Of a stretch of 64,000 nt of DNA, positions 44,106 through 53,102 are shown piece by piece. Numbering within the stretch: position 1 is the first letter of the stretch; each line of letters opens with the position of its first letter. Made by a program: the position numbers and the translations under genes. This DNA comes from an uncultured Acidobacteriota bacterium. GTDB taxonomy: Bacteria > Acidobacteriota > UBA6911. Below the pieces are notes generated by a model that saw only the letters and a program-made list of their open reading frames with translations, was not told the DNA's origin and ran no database searches. The stretch lies in contig CAWJKZ010000025.1 of NCBI GenBank assembly GCA_963843575.1, positions 224,001 to 288,000 of the forward strand. Reading direction: 5' to 3'.

Positions 44106-45626
44106 ATGCCGAACAACGACCCATTCAGATCAAGCGCGGGATCGGTTCACCCTCACCCGTGCAGCTGTTGCTCAATGTCAAGGCGATCCTTCCTGGGAAC
44201 CGTCACAGCCTGCACGGCGGCGCTCACGGCCGGCCGTGCAAGCCTCGGGAGTCTCCACGCCGCGCCGCAGTCGAAGGAGGTGATCGACCTCGCGTCGCTC
44301 CGGCCCCGTCCTGAAGTGCGAGCCATGAGCGTCGTGGCGCGGCAGAAACCTCCCTACTGGCTTGGCTGGCCCGGCACGTCGTACGACGTGGAGGGCGAAC
44401 GCGCCAGATACACCCGGGCCATCGCGGACGCCGGCACGCGCGTCGGCGTCGAAATCGTCCAGGAGGCTCAGCCGCTCGAAGACAATGCGGCCGTCGCCGC
44501 GTTCGTCAGGAAGCTGCAGGACCAGAAACCCGATGCCGTACTCGTTACGCTCCAGCACCTGCAGAGCTGGGACACGGCCGTCGAGATCGCCAGGACCGGC
44601 GTGCCCACGATCGTGTTCGCCCCGGTCGGCACCGCCTTCACCCAGCACGTCAACCGCCTGGCGTTCCGGCCCGGCGCCCACGTCATCTCGTCGCTGGAGA
44701 CGCCGGCCATCGAGCAGGGCTTGCGCATGATCCGCGCGAAGCGGCAGCTCGAGGCCACACGGCTGCTCGTCGTCAGCGGCAACGAGCGCAAGGAAGGCAA
44801 GTTCGGCCTGGTGAACGTGCAGTACGTCCCCCGCACGACTTTCGAGGAGATGTTCACCCTGACGCCGGTCACCGAGGAGGCCAAGTTCGTCGCCAACCAG
44901 CGGTTCCGCGAGGCCGACAAGGTCGTGGAACCGACGCAGGAGGACGGCCTGAACGCCGCGAGGTCGTACATCGCCGCCAAGCAGCTGCTCAAGAAAGAAG
45001 ACTGCAACGCGCTGACGACCGACTGCCTCGGCATGGTCACCCAGAAGAAGGTGCCGACTCCGCCCTGCATGGGCGCTTCGATCTTCCAGGACGACGGGGT
45101 GACTTACGGCTGCGAGGCGGCGGTCGGCCCGGCGGTGTCGCTCATGCTGACGAGCTACCTGTTCGACAAGCCGGGATTCATGAACGACCCGGTGCCGGAG
45201 ACCGTCAAGAATGTGCTGATCGCCGCGCATTGTGTCAGCGGCACGCGCATCTACGGCCTCGACCGGCAGAAGGATCACGCGCCCTACATCCTCCGCAGCC
45301 ACTCCGAGTCGGGCTTGGGCGTCTCGACGCAGGTGCTGTGGCCCGTCGGGCAGCCGGTGACTCTGGTGCAGTTCTTCAAGCCCGACGCACTCTATCTCGA
45401 CACCGGCACGGTCACCGGCAACGTCAACACGCCGCCGGCCGGCGGCTGCCGCACCAGCGTCGAGATCCGGATGGACGAAATGGAGGATTGCCGCGACGTG
45501 CAGGGATTCCACCAGGTGGTCTTCTACGGGAATCACCGGCGCGACGTGGAGGCGTTCTGCCAGCTGCACGGCATCAAGGTCGTCCACTCCCCCCGCACAC
45601 ACGAGGAAACTATTAGGCCGGCGTAG
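44106..45626 (+). CDS. L-fucose/L-arabinose isomerase-like protein with Tat signal
   Basis: SRRSFLG; TTDCLG, PPCMG, GCEA, GFMNDP, AHC, CRT, GFHQVVFYG motifs. Confidence 0.65.
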   Translation: MPNNDPFRSSAGSVHPHPCSCCSMSRRSFLGTVTACTAALTAGRASLGSLHAAPQSKEVIDLASLRPRPEVRAMSVVARQKPPYWLGWPGTSYDVEGERARYTRAIADAGTRVGVEIVQEAQPLEDNAAVAAFVRKLQDQKPDAVLVTLQHLQSWDTAVEIARTGVPTIVFAPVGTAFTQHVNRLAFRPGAHVISSLETPAIEQGLRMIRAKRQLEATRLLVVSGNERKEGKFGLVNVQYVPRTTFEEMFTLTPVTEEAKFVANQRFREADKVVEPTQEDGLNAARSYIAAKQLLKKEDCNALTTDCLGMVTQKKVPTPPCMGASIFQDDGVTYGCEAAVGPAVSLMLTSYLFDKPGFMNDPVPETVKNVLIAAHCVSGTRIYGLDRQKDHAPYILRSHSESGLGVSTQVLWPVGQPVTLVQFFKPDALYLDTGTVTGNVNTPPAGGCRTSVEIRMDEMEDCRDVQGFHQVVFYGNHRRDVEAFCQLHGIKVVHSPRTHEETIRPA

Positions 45627-45828
45627 GAACAGCCACAAATACGCTAACGTATTTTTCAGGAAGCGGATGCGCGCGGATCCCCACAGATCGACCTGGCGAC
45701 AGGCCGCGGTCGATCCGCGTGAATCCGTTGAATCCGCGGAATCTGCGTTCTGTTTTGGCTTTTGTCTTTCATCGCCCGTGTTGTTCTGCGTCCTGAAAAA
45801 TACGTCGGCGTACTTATGAGACTGTGTA
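45627..45828. repeat. About 200-bp MITE-like element with imperfect terminal inverted repeats filling the gap between two convergent TAG stops
   Basis: tacgctaacgtatttttcagga (45640-45661) versus tcctgaaaaatacgtcggcgta (45791-45812); internal GCGGAT/ATCCGC units. Confidence 0.8.
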
Positions 45829-47964
45829 CTAAGCTGCTGAAATCGGCATCGACCGGGAGCGCTTCCCGGTAGCGTCGAAGACGGCGTTTGCGATCGCCGG
45901 GGCCACCGCTATGATCGGGGTCTCGCCCGCCCCCGCCGGTTCCAAGTCCTTTCGGTCGAGCAGCACGATGTCCATCTTAGGGACGTCGGCCATGCGCGGC
46001 ACCCGGTAGGAGGAATACCTGCCGTTCAGCAACCGGCCGTCCCTGAACCGGATCTCCTCCCGGAGCGCCGGCCCCAACCCCATCATGATGCAGCCTTCCA
46101 CCTGTGCCCGCAGGTTGGCCGGGTTCAGGATCGGGCCGCACTCGAAGGCCTCGACCATTTCGACCAGGCGCGGCGGGCCACCGGCCGAACCCAGCTCCAC
46201 CTCGACGCAGGCGGCGACCACCGAGTTCTTCTCGGTGCCGCAGGCCAGCCCGATCCCGGTGCGCGGATGGCGCGGGTTGCGCCGGCGCTCCGCCCAGCGG
46301 AATCGCTCCGCGGCGGCAACCAGCACGTTCTTCATCCGCTCGTTTTCGAGGTGGGCGAGCCGGAAATCCAGCGGATCTTTGCCCGCCGCTTCGGCCAGTT
46401 CGTCGGTGAAGGCCTCCCTGGCGAAATTGTTGGCGGTGGCGGCGAGGCAACGGTAGGACCCCTGCCGCAGCGGGGAATCGCTCTGGATGAACCGGACCCT
46501 CGTGTTGGGAATCCGGTACGGCGTGTCGAGGGCCGCCCCACCCGAGTTGTAGTTCACGAAATCCCACGCCTGGATCGAGTTGGCTCCATCCAGTCCGGCC
46601 TCGATTTCAATCAGGGCCGCCGGGCGGAAGTAGGCCCAGGTGAACTCCTCGGTCCGTGTCCACCGCAGCAGGACCGGGCGTTTCGCCTCCCGGGCCAGCC
46701 GCGCAGCTTCGATCGCCGCTTCGCCCGTGTGTTTGCCGCCGAAACCACCTCCCATGTCGGGGACGATCACCCGCACGTCCTGCGGCGGCAGCTTGAAAGC
46801 CTGCGCGAGCTGATCCCTTGTCCCGAACGGGTTGCTGGTCCCCGTCCACACGGTGAGGCGGCCCCCTTCCCACTCGGCCACCGCGGCGCGCGGCTCCATC
46901 GGCGCGTGCTGCACGTAGGCGACCTGGTACGACCCCTTCAAACGCCGCTGCGCCCGTTCGAGGCCCTCCTGGATCGAGCCTCGGGTCTGTCCCCGTTGTC
47001 CCTCTTCCCGCGCGTGCTGCTTCAGGTGCTCAAAGAGCGTGTCGCTGCCGGGGTGCTCCGTGCTTTTCCACCGGGCGGCGGTCGCGAGCATTTGCAGGGC
47101 CTTTCGGGCGGCAAACGAGGTCGGCGCAGCACAACCGACGAAGTCGCCGTCGCGGACGGTGGCCACGCCCGGCACTTTCGCGGCCGCCGAGAGGTCTACG
47201 CTATCTAGGACCGCGCCGTACGACGGGGGCCGGAGCACGCTGCCGTGGAGCATGCCCGGGCGGACGATGTCGGATGGGTACCGGTGCGCACCCGTTACGA
47301 TGTCCCGCCCGTCCAGCCGCCCGTGGGGTTTGCCCAGCACCTGCCAGTCGGAGGCGGGCGTGAGGGCGACGTCCGCCGGCAACGTCTTGTAGGCGGCCGC
47401 CAGCTCGGGCGAACGCGCCAGGTCGGCATACGTGAAGCGCCTGCCGTCCAGCGTCGCCGCACCGTCGCGCAGCTCGAGCCGGCCGCGATCGGCGTGGAAG
47501 CTCCGGCTCGCCGCCGCCAGCAGGATTTCCCTCGCGGCCGCCGCAGCCTTGCGCACGGCGGGCACTGTTCCCGGCGTGGTGCGGCTGCCGGCGGTGATGC
47601 CGTCGTCCGGGACCACGTCCGTGTCGGCCATCAGCAGGCGGATGCGGTCCGGCTGGAGGCGCAACTCCTCAGCGGCAGCCAGCGCGAGTTCCGTGCGCGG
47701 TCCCTGGCCTTCTTCCACCTTGCCGGTCAGGAGGGTGACAAAGCCGTCTTCACCTATGTGCAGACGCGCCTCGAGTGCGCCTCCCCCGGCGGCCTGGCGT
47801 GTACCGGACTGCGTGGTGGCGTTGGGTGCCGCAACCAGGATCAGCAGCCCGGCCCCGGCGGACTCGAGGAATTCTCTTCGACTCACTGCAAAGCGGTACG
47901 GCGGCGTTTCCCTGAGCTCGTAGCGTTCGGGGGTGAGGCGTTCGCGGTCCGGTCTATCGCTCAT
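45829..47964 (-). CDS. Molybdopterin oxidoreductase large subunit (xanthine dehydrogenase/isoquinoline 1-oxidoreductase beta type)
   Basis: GKVEEGQG, HAPMEP, GGGFGGK, GAGETP, ANAVFDATG motifs; SRREFL Tat-like motif. Confidence 0.92.
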   Translation of the reverse strand: MSDRPDRERLTPERYELRETPPYRFAVSRREFLESAGAGLLILVAAPNATTQSGTRQAAGGGALEARLHIGEDGFVTLLTGKVEEGQGPRTELALAAAEELRLQPDRIRLLMADTDVVPDDGITAGSRTTPGTVPAVRKAAAAAREILLAAASRSFHADRGRLELRDGAATLDGRRFTYADLARSPELAAAYKTLPADVALTPASDWQVLGKPHGRLDGRDIVTGAHRYPSDIVRPGMLHGSVLRPPSYGAVLDSVDLSAAAKVPGVATVRDGDFVGCAAPTSFAARKALQMLATAARWKSTEHPGSDTLFEHLKQHAREEGQRGQTRGSIQEGLERAQRRLKGSYQVAYVQHAPMEPRAAVAEWEGGRLTVWTGTSNPFGTRDQLAQAFKLPPQDVRVIVPDMGGGFGGKHTGEAAIEAARLAREAKRPVLLRWTRTEEFTWAYFRPAALIEIEAGLDGANSIQAWDFVNYNSGGAALDTPYRIPNTRVRFIQSDSPLRQGSYRCLAATANNFAREAFTDELAEAAGKDPLDFRLAHLENERMKNVLVAAAERFRWAERRRNPRHPRTGIGLACGTEKNSVVAACVEVELGSAGGPPRLVEMVEAFECGPILNPANLRAQVEGCIMMGLGPALREEIRFRDGRLLNGRYSSYRVPRMADVPKMDIVLLDRKDLEPAGAGETPIIAVAPAIANAVFDATGKRSRSMPISAA

Positions 47965-48448
47965 CGCGATTCCTCCTTGCGCTCTGAAGCGGGGCACCGG
48001 CCGCCCGGCGCACGGCTGCAAGTATCCGGGGATACCCGCAACAGCGGCAGAGACTGCCGTCCAGGGCTTCGACGATCTGCGGTTCCGTGGGCTGCGGGTA
48101 AACCTCGAGCAGCGCCACCGTCCTCATGACCATCCCGGGGGTGCAATAGCCACACTGCATCGCGCCCTCGTCGAGGAAAGCCTGCTGTACGCGGTGCAGC
48201 CGGCCTCCCTGCGCGAGTCCCTCGACCGTAAGGACCTTCCGGCCCTCGGCCGCGCGCGCCGGGGTCACGCACGACACGACGGGCTTGCCGTCGAGCAGCA
48301 CCGTACAGGCGCGGCACTGGCCCTCGCCGCACCCGTACTTGGTCCCCGTCAGGCCAAGATCTTCACGCAGCAGTTCAAGAAGGGGCCGCTCGGCCTCGGT
48401 CTCGACCGTGCGAGTCTGGCCGTTGACCGTCAATCGCATCTTTGCCAT
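47954..48448 (-). CDS. (2Fe-2S)-binding small subunit of the molybdoenzyme
   Basis: GCGEGQCRAC, QCGYCTPG, CRCCGY; the true stop may be the ATGA overlap at 47961 (possible indel). Confidence 0.92.
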   Translation of the reverse strand: MAKMRLTVNGQTRTVETEAERPLLELLREDLGLTGTKYGCGEGQCRACTVLLDGKPVVSCVTPARAAEGRKVLTVEGLAQGGRLHRVQQAFLDEGAMQCGYCTPGMVMRTVALLEVYPQPTEPQIVEALDGSLCRCCGYPRILAAVRRAAGAPLQSARRNRDER

Positions 48449-48544
48449 GTGAAAGCACCCGGAGATTTTAATGCCTGCACCCTTACGACTGACATTAGCA
48501 GATCAACCTGCCCATGGCCAGCCCGCCCGCGTGAGCTTCGGGCT

Positions 48545-49054
48545 CTAGCGTCGCTTCGCACTGTCCTGAAAGACGAGAAAATCGATGGCGGGGGGGTGGG
48601 CGCCGAGCAGGCGCAGCGCCATGGTCACCTGGCCGCGGTGGTAGGTGCCGTGGTTGGCGAGGTGCAGAAGCACCTGCCACAGGGGGTAAGTCCATGTCTC
48701 ACCCTTGAGGTTCTGATAGGTCAACGGCGCAGCCAGCCGTTCGGTGTCGAGCCCCGCAATGCAGGCGCGCATGCCTCGTTCGACCTCGTCCCAGCGCGAC
48801 CGGACGGCTTCGAGCGTCAAGGCCTCGCCGAGCCACGGTATGGCGCGCGGGCTGCGGCCGTTGAACCGCTCGAGCCAAAGGTACTCGGCGCCGAGGAGGT
48901 GCTTCAGGGTGTCGCGGACCGAGCCAAAACTGCCGCCGAGCGGCCGCCCCAGGTCCTCCTCGGTCAGGGTCCTGCAGACGGCGAGCTGCTGGTCGCGCGC
49001 CCAGTAGTTGTACTCGTAGAGATCCTGCAGCGATGCAAGCGGAATCACGATCAC
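48545..49054 (-). CDS. DinB-family protein
   Basis: YNYWA, SFGSVRDTLKH, HLANHGTYHRGQV motifs; start approximate. Confidence 0.85.
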   Translation of the reverse strand: MIVIPLASLQDLYEYNYWARDQQLAVCRTLTEEDLGRPLGGSFGSVRDTLKHLLGAEYLWLERFNGRSPRAIPWLGEALTLEAVRSRWDEVERGMRACIAGLDTERLAAPLTYQNLKGETWTYPLWQVLLHLANHGTYHRGQVTMALRLLGAHPPAIDFLVFQDSAKRR

Positions 49055-49264
49055 CCCCGCGATGTGGGCCGCGGCGGCTCGACGCGGCCCAATCCCGACA
49101 GGCAAATAGTACCGCCGCGGACCCTCGGTCCCCAACAGGCCGGTGCGGTCGATCAGGTTCTATCGTTCGGGCCGCAGGGCCCAGAGGACAGCGTCGCGCA
49201 GGAGGGTGGCGTAGGCGGTGTGCCGGAAGATCGCGGGAGGGTGGCCCATCTGGATGTATCCGCG

Positions 49265-49770
49265 CTACGTCCTGCGTGAAGTCGAGGCAAAACCGTTGCG
49301 GGCCGCCAGGTTGGTGCGAGGATCGCGTTTTACGGCATGGTTGAGGTCCGGGAACTTGAGCGGGTCCGCTGAAGAAGACCGGAGTGTTGTTGCCGACGAG
49401 ATCCCAGTTCCCTCATCGGTGTAGAACTTGATCGCGAAACCCCGGATGTCGCGCTCGGCGTCGGCCGCGCCACGTTCGCCGGCCACGGTGGAAAACCGCG
49501 CGAAAAGGTCGGTCTTCTTGGCACGGCGGCAAAGATCTTGGCCTTGGTGTACCCGGTGATGTCGTGGGTGACCGTGAAGGTGCCGAAGGCACCCGAGCCC
49601 TTGGCGTGCATGCGGCGCTCGGGGATCACCTCGCGATCGAAGTGGGCGAGCTTCTCCAGGTACCAGACGTCCTGGCGGAGGGCCGGCCGCGGGGCCCGCG
49701 GTCATGATGTTCTGGCCGTCGACGCCGGGCTCGCGGCTTGGTGGTAGCTTCATCTTGGCGTGATGGCTTC
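49265..49770 (-). pseudogene. katA: Frameshifted N-terminal fragment of a haem catalase
   Basis: [73 protein letters not shown] over several frames; the remainder is absent. Confidence 0.88.
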
Positions 49771-49839
49771 TCCTTCCCTGGCCTGCGGGTGACTCGGGCT
49801 TCCCGGGCGCCGAGTCCGTCGGCTCGTTCTTCGCACAGC

Positions 49840-50230
49840 CGACGCAATGCCTCGGACCTCGACGTGCGCGGCGACGACGCGGCCGAACTTCTTCACGGCT
49901 TCCGGGACGCGCAGCGCGTTGACTGTGCGCTCTCGAGTCCCGCGCCACCCGCAGCGGACGCAGATGTAATGGTGGTGTGCTGATGTTGCCGTCGGCGCCG
50001 CCCCGCGCGGGTCGAGCTGATCACGATCGCCCAATGCGGGCCTCCAGCGTGCGGCGCACGGGCAAGCGGCACCGCAACACCACCAACGCCAGCAACGCTC
50101 TCTGGGCATGGGTTCAGCTCTACCGCTCGAGGAGATCCCGAAGCAACGGTCTGCAGGGAACCCTCCCGCGGCTCGCTCGGAACACCCGGGCTAGGGCGCA
50201 CGAGCGTCGGGCCGTTCGTGCACTATGACG
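49840..50230 (-). pseudogene. Degraded Fur/PerR-family regulator upstream of the catalase fragment
   Basis: [10 protein letters not shown] and HVEVRGI motifs; multiple frameshifts. Confidence 0.6.
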
Positions 50231-50314
50231 CTAACCCGAAGTGCTGTAGGATACTGGTCCATAAACGAAATGATCGAAACGCATGCGCCGATTGTGCGAG
50301 GCATGCAGCGTGGC

Positions 50315-50522
50315 TTCAGGACGCAGACTCCGCGGATCCAACAGATTCACGCGGATCGGCCGCGTCCCGCATTCCACCGTGAGGGCTGCCGTGGGCACAC
50401 TGGACTTTCCGGGACCCGCCGGAAACGCCGGACGCGGCCTGTCGCCAGGTCGATCCGTGAGGATCCGCGCGCATCCGCGTCCTGAAAAATATGTCAGCGT
50501 ATTTGTGAACATCAGTACTTAG
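50315..50522. repeat. Copy of the TTTTTCAGGACGCGGAT repeat family (inverted relative to 45627)
   Basis: gcggcctgtcgccaggtcgatc..ggatccgcgcgcatccgc.tcctgaaaaata is the reverse complement of 45650-45706. Confidence 0.8.
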
Positions 50523-50557
50523 GGCCCGCTCGACGTGTGCGGGCGGGGAGGAATGCA

Positions 50558-51460
50558 ATGTCATATTTCCATCGCCGGGAATGGCTGCGCGCCGGGGTCG
50601 TTTCGCTGGGCAGCTTCGTGATCGGGGGACCGTTGCCGAAGGATCTTGTCGCCGGGAGCCGCCGCGGGATCTTCGACGCGCACCTTCACATTCCCAGCGA
50701 CAACGGCGAGAACTTCCAGTGGAGCCTGGTCACCCGGAACATGCCGGAGTTCGTCGCGTACCTCGACAAGTGCGGCGTCCGGCGCGGGGTCATATCCTCG
50801 TCCTGGAGCAACAAGGCACAGACTCCCGAAGATTATCGAAACGGGAACCGGGAGGTGGCGAAGTACGCCGACCGCTACAGGGGGAGATTTTTCGGCAGTT
50901 GCGTCATAACCCCATTTCGCATCGAGGAAGCCCTGCGGGAAATCGAGCGCTGTCACACCGAGGACGGCTTCCTGTGGCTGGGCGAGTTCTGCAACTACAT
51001 GACGGGATACAAATACGACACGCCGGAGTGGCGTCGGGTGATGGAGTTGGCCACGAAGCTCAACCTCGTGGTCCAGATCCACACGAACACACAGGAGATG
51101 CGGTACCTGGCCGACGCCTTCCCCGACACCACGATCGTCTTTCCACACCTCGGCAGCAGCCGGGACGACATATTCGCCCGCATTGAGATCATCGCCGGGC
51201 ACAGGAACGCGCACATCGATCTCTCGGGTTCGGGGATCGAGCGCGTCGGGATACTGGAGCGGGCCGTCAAGGAGATCGGAGCGGACCGCGTACTGTACGG
51301 TTCGGACTTTACCATCAACGAACCTTCGTCCGTCATCGCGCGCGTCAGGAACGCATTCCTGACGCCGGAGGACCGGGAGAAGATCCTCTTCCGCAACGTC
51401 GAGCGGCTCCTGTCGGCCGCGGCCAAAGGGGCGGGGGCAGTTCGACCCCGCCCCGAATGA
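50558..51460 (+). CDS. Amidohydrolase_2-family metallohydrolase with Tat-like leader
   Basis: HRREWL; FDAHLH, GEF, QIHT, PHLG, RVLYGSDF motifs. Confidence 0.88.
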   Translation: MSYFHRREWLRAGVVSLGSFVIGGPLPKDLVAGSRRGIFDAHLHIPSDNGENFQWSLVTRNMPEFVAYLDKCGVRRGVISSSWSNKAQTPEDYRNGNREVAKYADRYRGRFFGSCVITPFRIEEALREIERCHTEDGFLWLGEFCNYMTGYKYDTPEWRRVMELATKLNLVVQIHTNTQEMRYLADAFPDTTIVFPHLGSSRDDIFARIEIIAGHRNAHIDLSGSGIERVGILERAVKEIGADRVLYGSDFTINEPSSVIARVRNAFLTPEDREKILFRNVERLLSAAAKGAGAVRPRPE

Positions 51461-51546
51461 GCTGCAGCCCGGCGCATCCGAAGCGTCGCCGCGACGGGTC
51501 GAAGGTTCGCATCACTCGGCGGGGAATTCCACGCATGGAGTGACCC

Positions 51547-53019
51547 ATGACTCGCTCGTTGTCTCGCGTTGTCGCACTGGTTCTGGCCTTGATCCTTGGC
51601 CATGGGTTTACGCAACAGCCCGCTGCGGCGGTGACCCGGCTGGTCGTCTTCGAGGGCTTCTACCGTCACACCTGACCCATTTGCCAAACGGCCGGTCCGG
51701 TCGTGGCTCGCCTGGCGAACGATTATTCTTCGAAGCCGGTGCTTTTCGTGGAACAGGATGTCGACCACTCTGTCGGCAGCCGGCAGGACCGGTGGTGGGC
51801 GGCCTTTACCGGCACTACGGCCACCCTGCCTCTCGTGATGGCGGACAGTGGCCACGGCATCGGGAACGGCTCGGTAGATTTTTACACCGTCTACAAGGCC
51901 ATGGTCGACCGGGAATTGGCACGGGAACCCGCCGCTGAAATCGAATCCGCGAGCAGCCGGGTCGGGAACCGGCTGCGCTTCTCCGGCTGGATCACCAATC
52001 GCAGCGGCGTGACATTGTCCGCGGCGCGAAACGGCGCGACCGTTCACGCGCTGGTCTATGAACAGGATGGGGCAGTCGGGAGCACGGGCCGGGTGGTGCG
52101 CGCCGCTGTAGAATTCCCGCTGAGTCAGGACTTGGCCCAGGGCGCCGCCGTCTCTTTCGCGCTGGAGACTCCGGATCTTGCGCCCGTCAACTGGGATAAC
52201 CTGCACTCGGTCGTGCTGGCCGACTATCGGCCGGGGAGTCCGACGGGGCCCTTCGACATGCTCCAGGCGGCTGTCCCTTATGCCATCGGGTCCGACGTGA
52301 CCACAACCGCTTTTTTCCCGCATGTCGCACTCGGCGGGGGTTACACGACGGTCTTCAGGTTTGTGAACACGGGGAGCACGGCCGCCACGGGGCAGTTGAT
52401 CCTCACGGACCATGACGGAAGTCCGTGGCCCGTTTCCTTCTCGGACGCCTCTGCAGCCAGCCGGTCCGGCATCTCATCGTTCACGACCATTTCCATCCCA
52501 CCCGGCGGCACGGAATTTGTCACCGCGTCCTCGGGTGCCAGTCCCGGCCTGATGACGGGGTGGGCCCGGGTCGAGAGCTCGGGTGGGACGCTGGGCGGCG
52601 TCGCGACCTACTACTACGCCCCGGCCGGAAGCCCGCAGACGATCGTCGGGGTCCTGTCCGCCTCTCCCCTGTCGTCCGCGACGATCCCCAGGGACGACGA
52701 TGTCCTCCACGAGCGCTACTCGGGATTTGCCGTGGCCAACCCCGGCGAGGCGACGCTGACGATTAGGGTTCTGGAGGTCGGCGCCGACGGATCCGCCGTC
52801 GTCGAGCTCAAGCCCATCATCCTCGGTCCCCGGTCCCAGAAAGCCGCCTTCTTCTTCGAGGACCCCAAGGCCGCCCGGGAGTTCAAAGGGACGGCGGTTC
52901 TCCTGGAACAGACCGGCGCCAATTTCCTGGTTGTCTCCCTGGCCCAGGATCACGGTATCTTCAGCGCCGTCCCGGCGATGCCGGGAAAAGCCCCGAACAT
53001 CGGAGGACAAACGCGCTAA
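51547..53019 (+). CDS. Putative secreted selenoprotein: thioredoxin-fold UxxC domain, Omp28-like Ig domain and beta-rich C-terminal domain (490 aa with Sec43)
   Basis: ATG 51547 after GGAG is in frame with ORF 51703; signal peptide; VVFEGFYRHT-TGA(51673)-PICQTAGPVVARLANDY; SECIS-like hairpin follows. Confidence 0.8.
51676..51707 (+). promoter_or_regulatory. Candidate bacterial SECIS element
   Basis: GCC-AA-ACGGCCG-GUC-CGGUCGU-GGC: 3-bp lower stem, AA bulge, 7-bp upper stem, G-initiated apical loop 19 nt after UGA. Confidence 0.7.
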
Positions 53020-53062
53020 CGTATTTTTCAGGACGCGGATTCGCGCGGATCCCCACGGATCG
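53008..53062. repeat. Partial copy of the TACGCTAACGTATTTTTCAGGA repeat overlapping the stop codon of the upstream gene
   Basis: caaacgcgctaacgtatttttcaggacgcggattcgcgcggatccccacggatcg matches 45636-45690. Confidence 0.8.
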
Positions 53063-53102
53063 TCTCGGGATTGAGCGGTCCGCTTGCGCGACGCCGTCGG
53101 GA

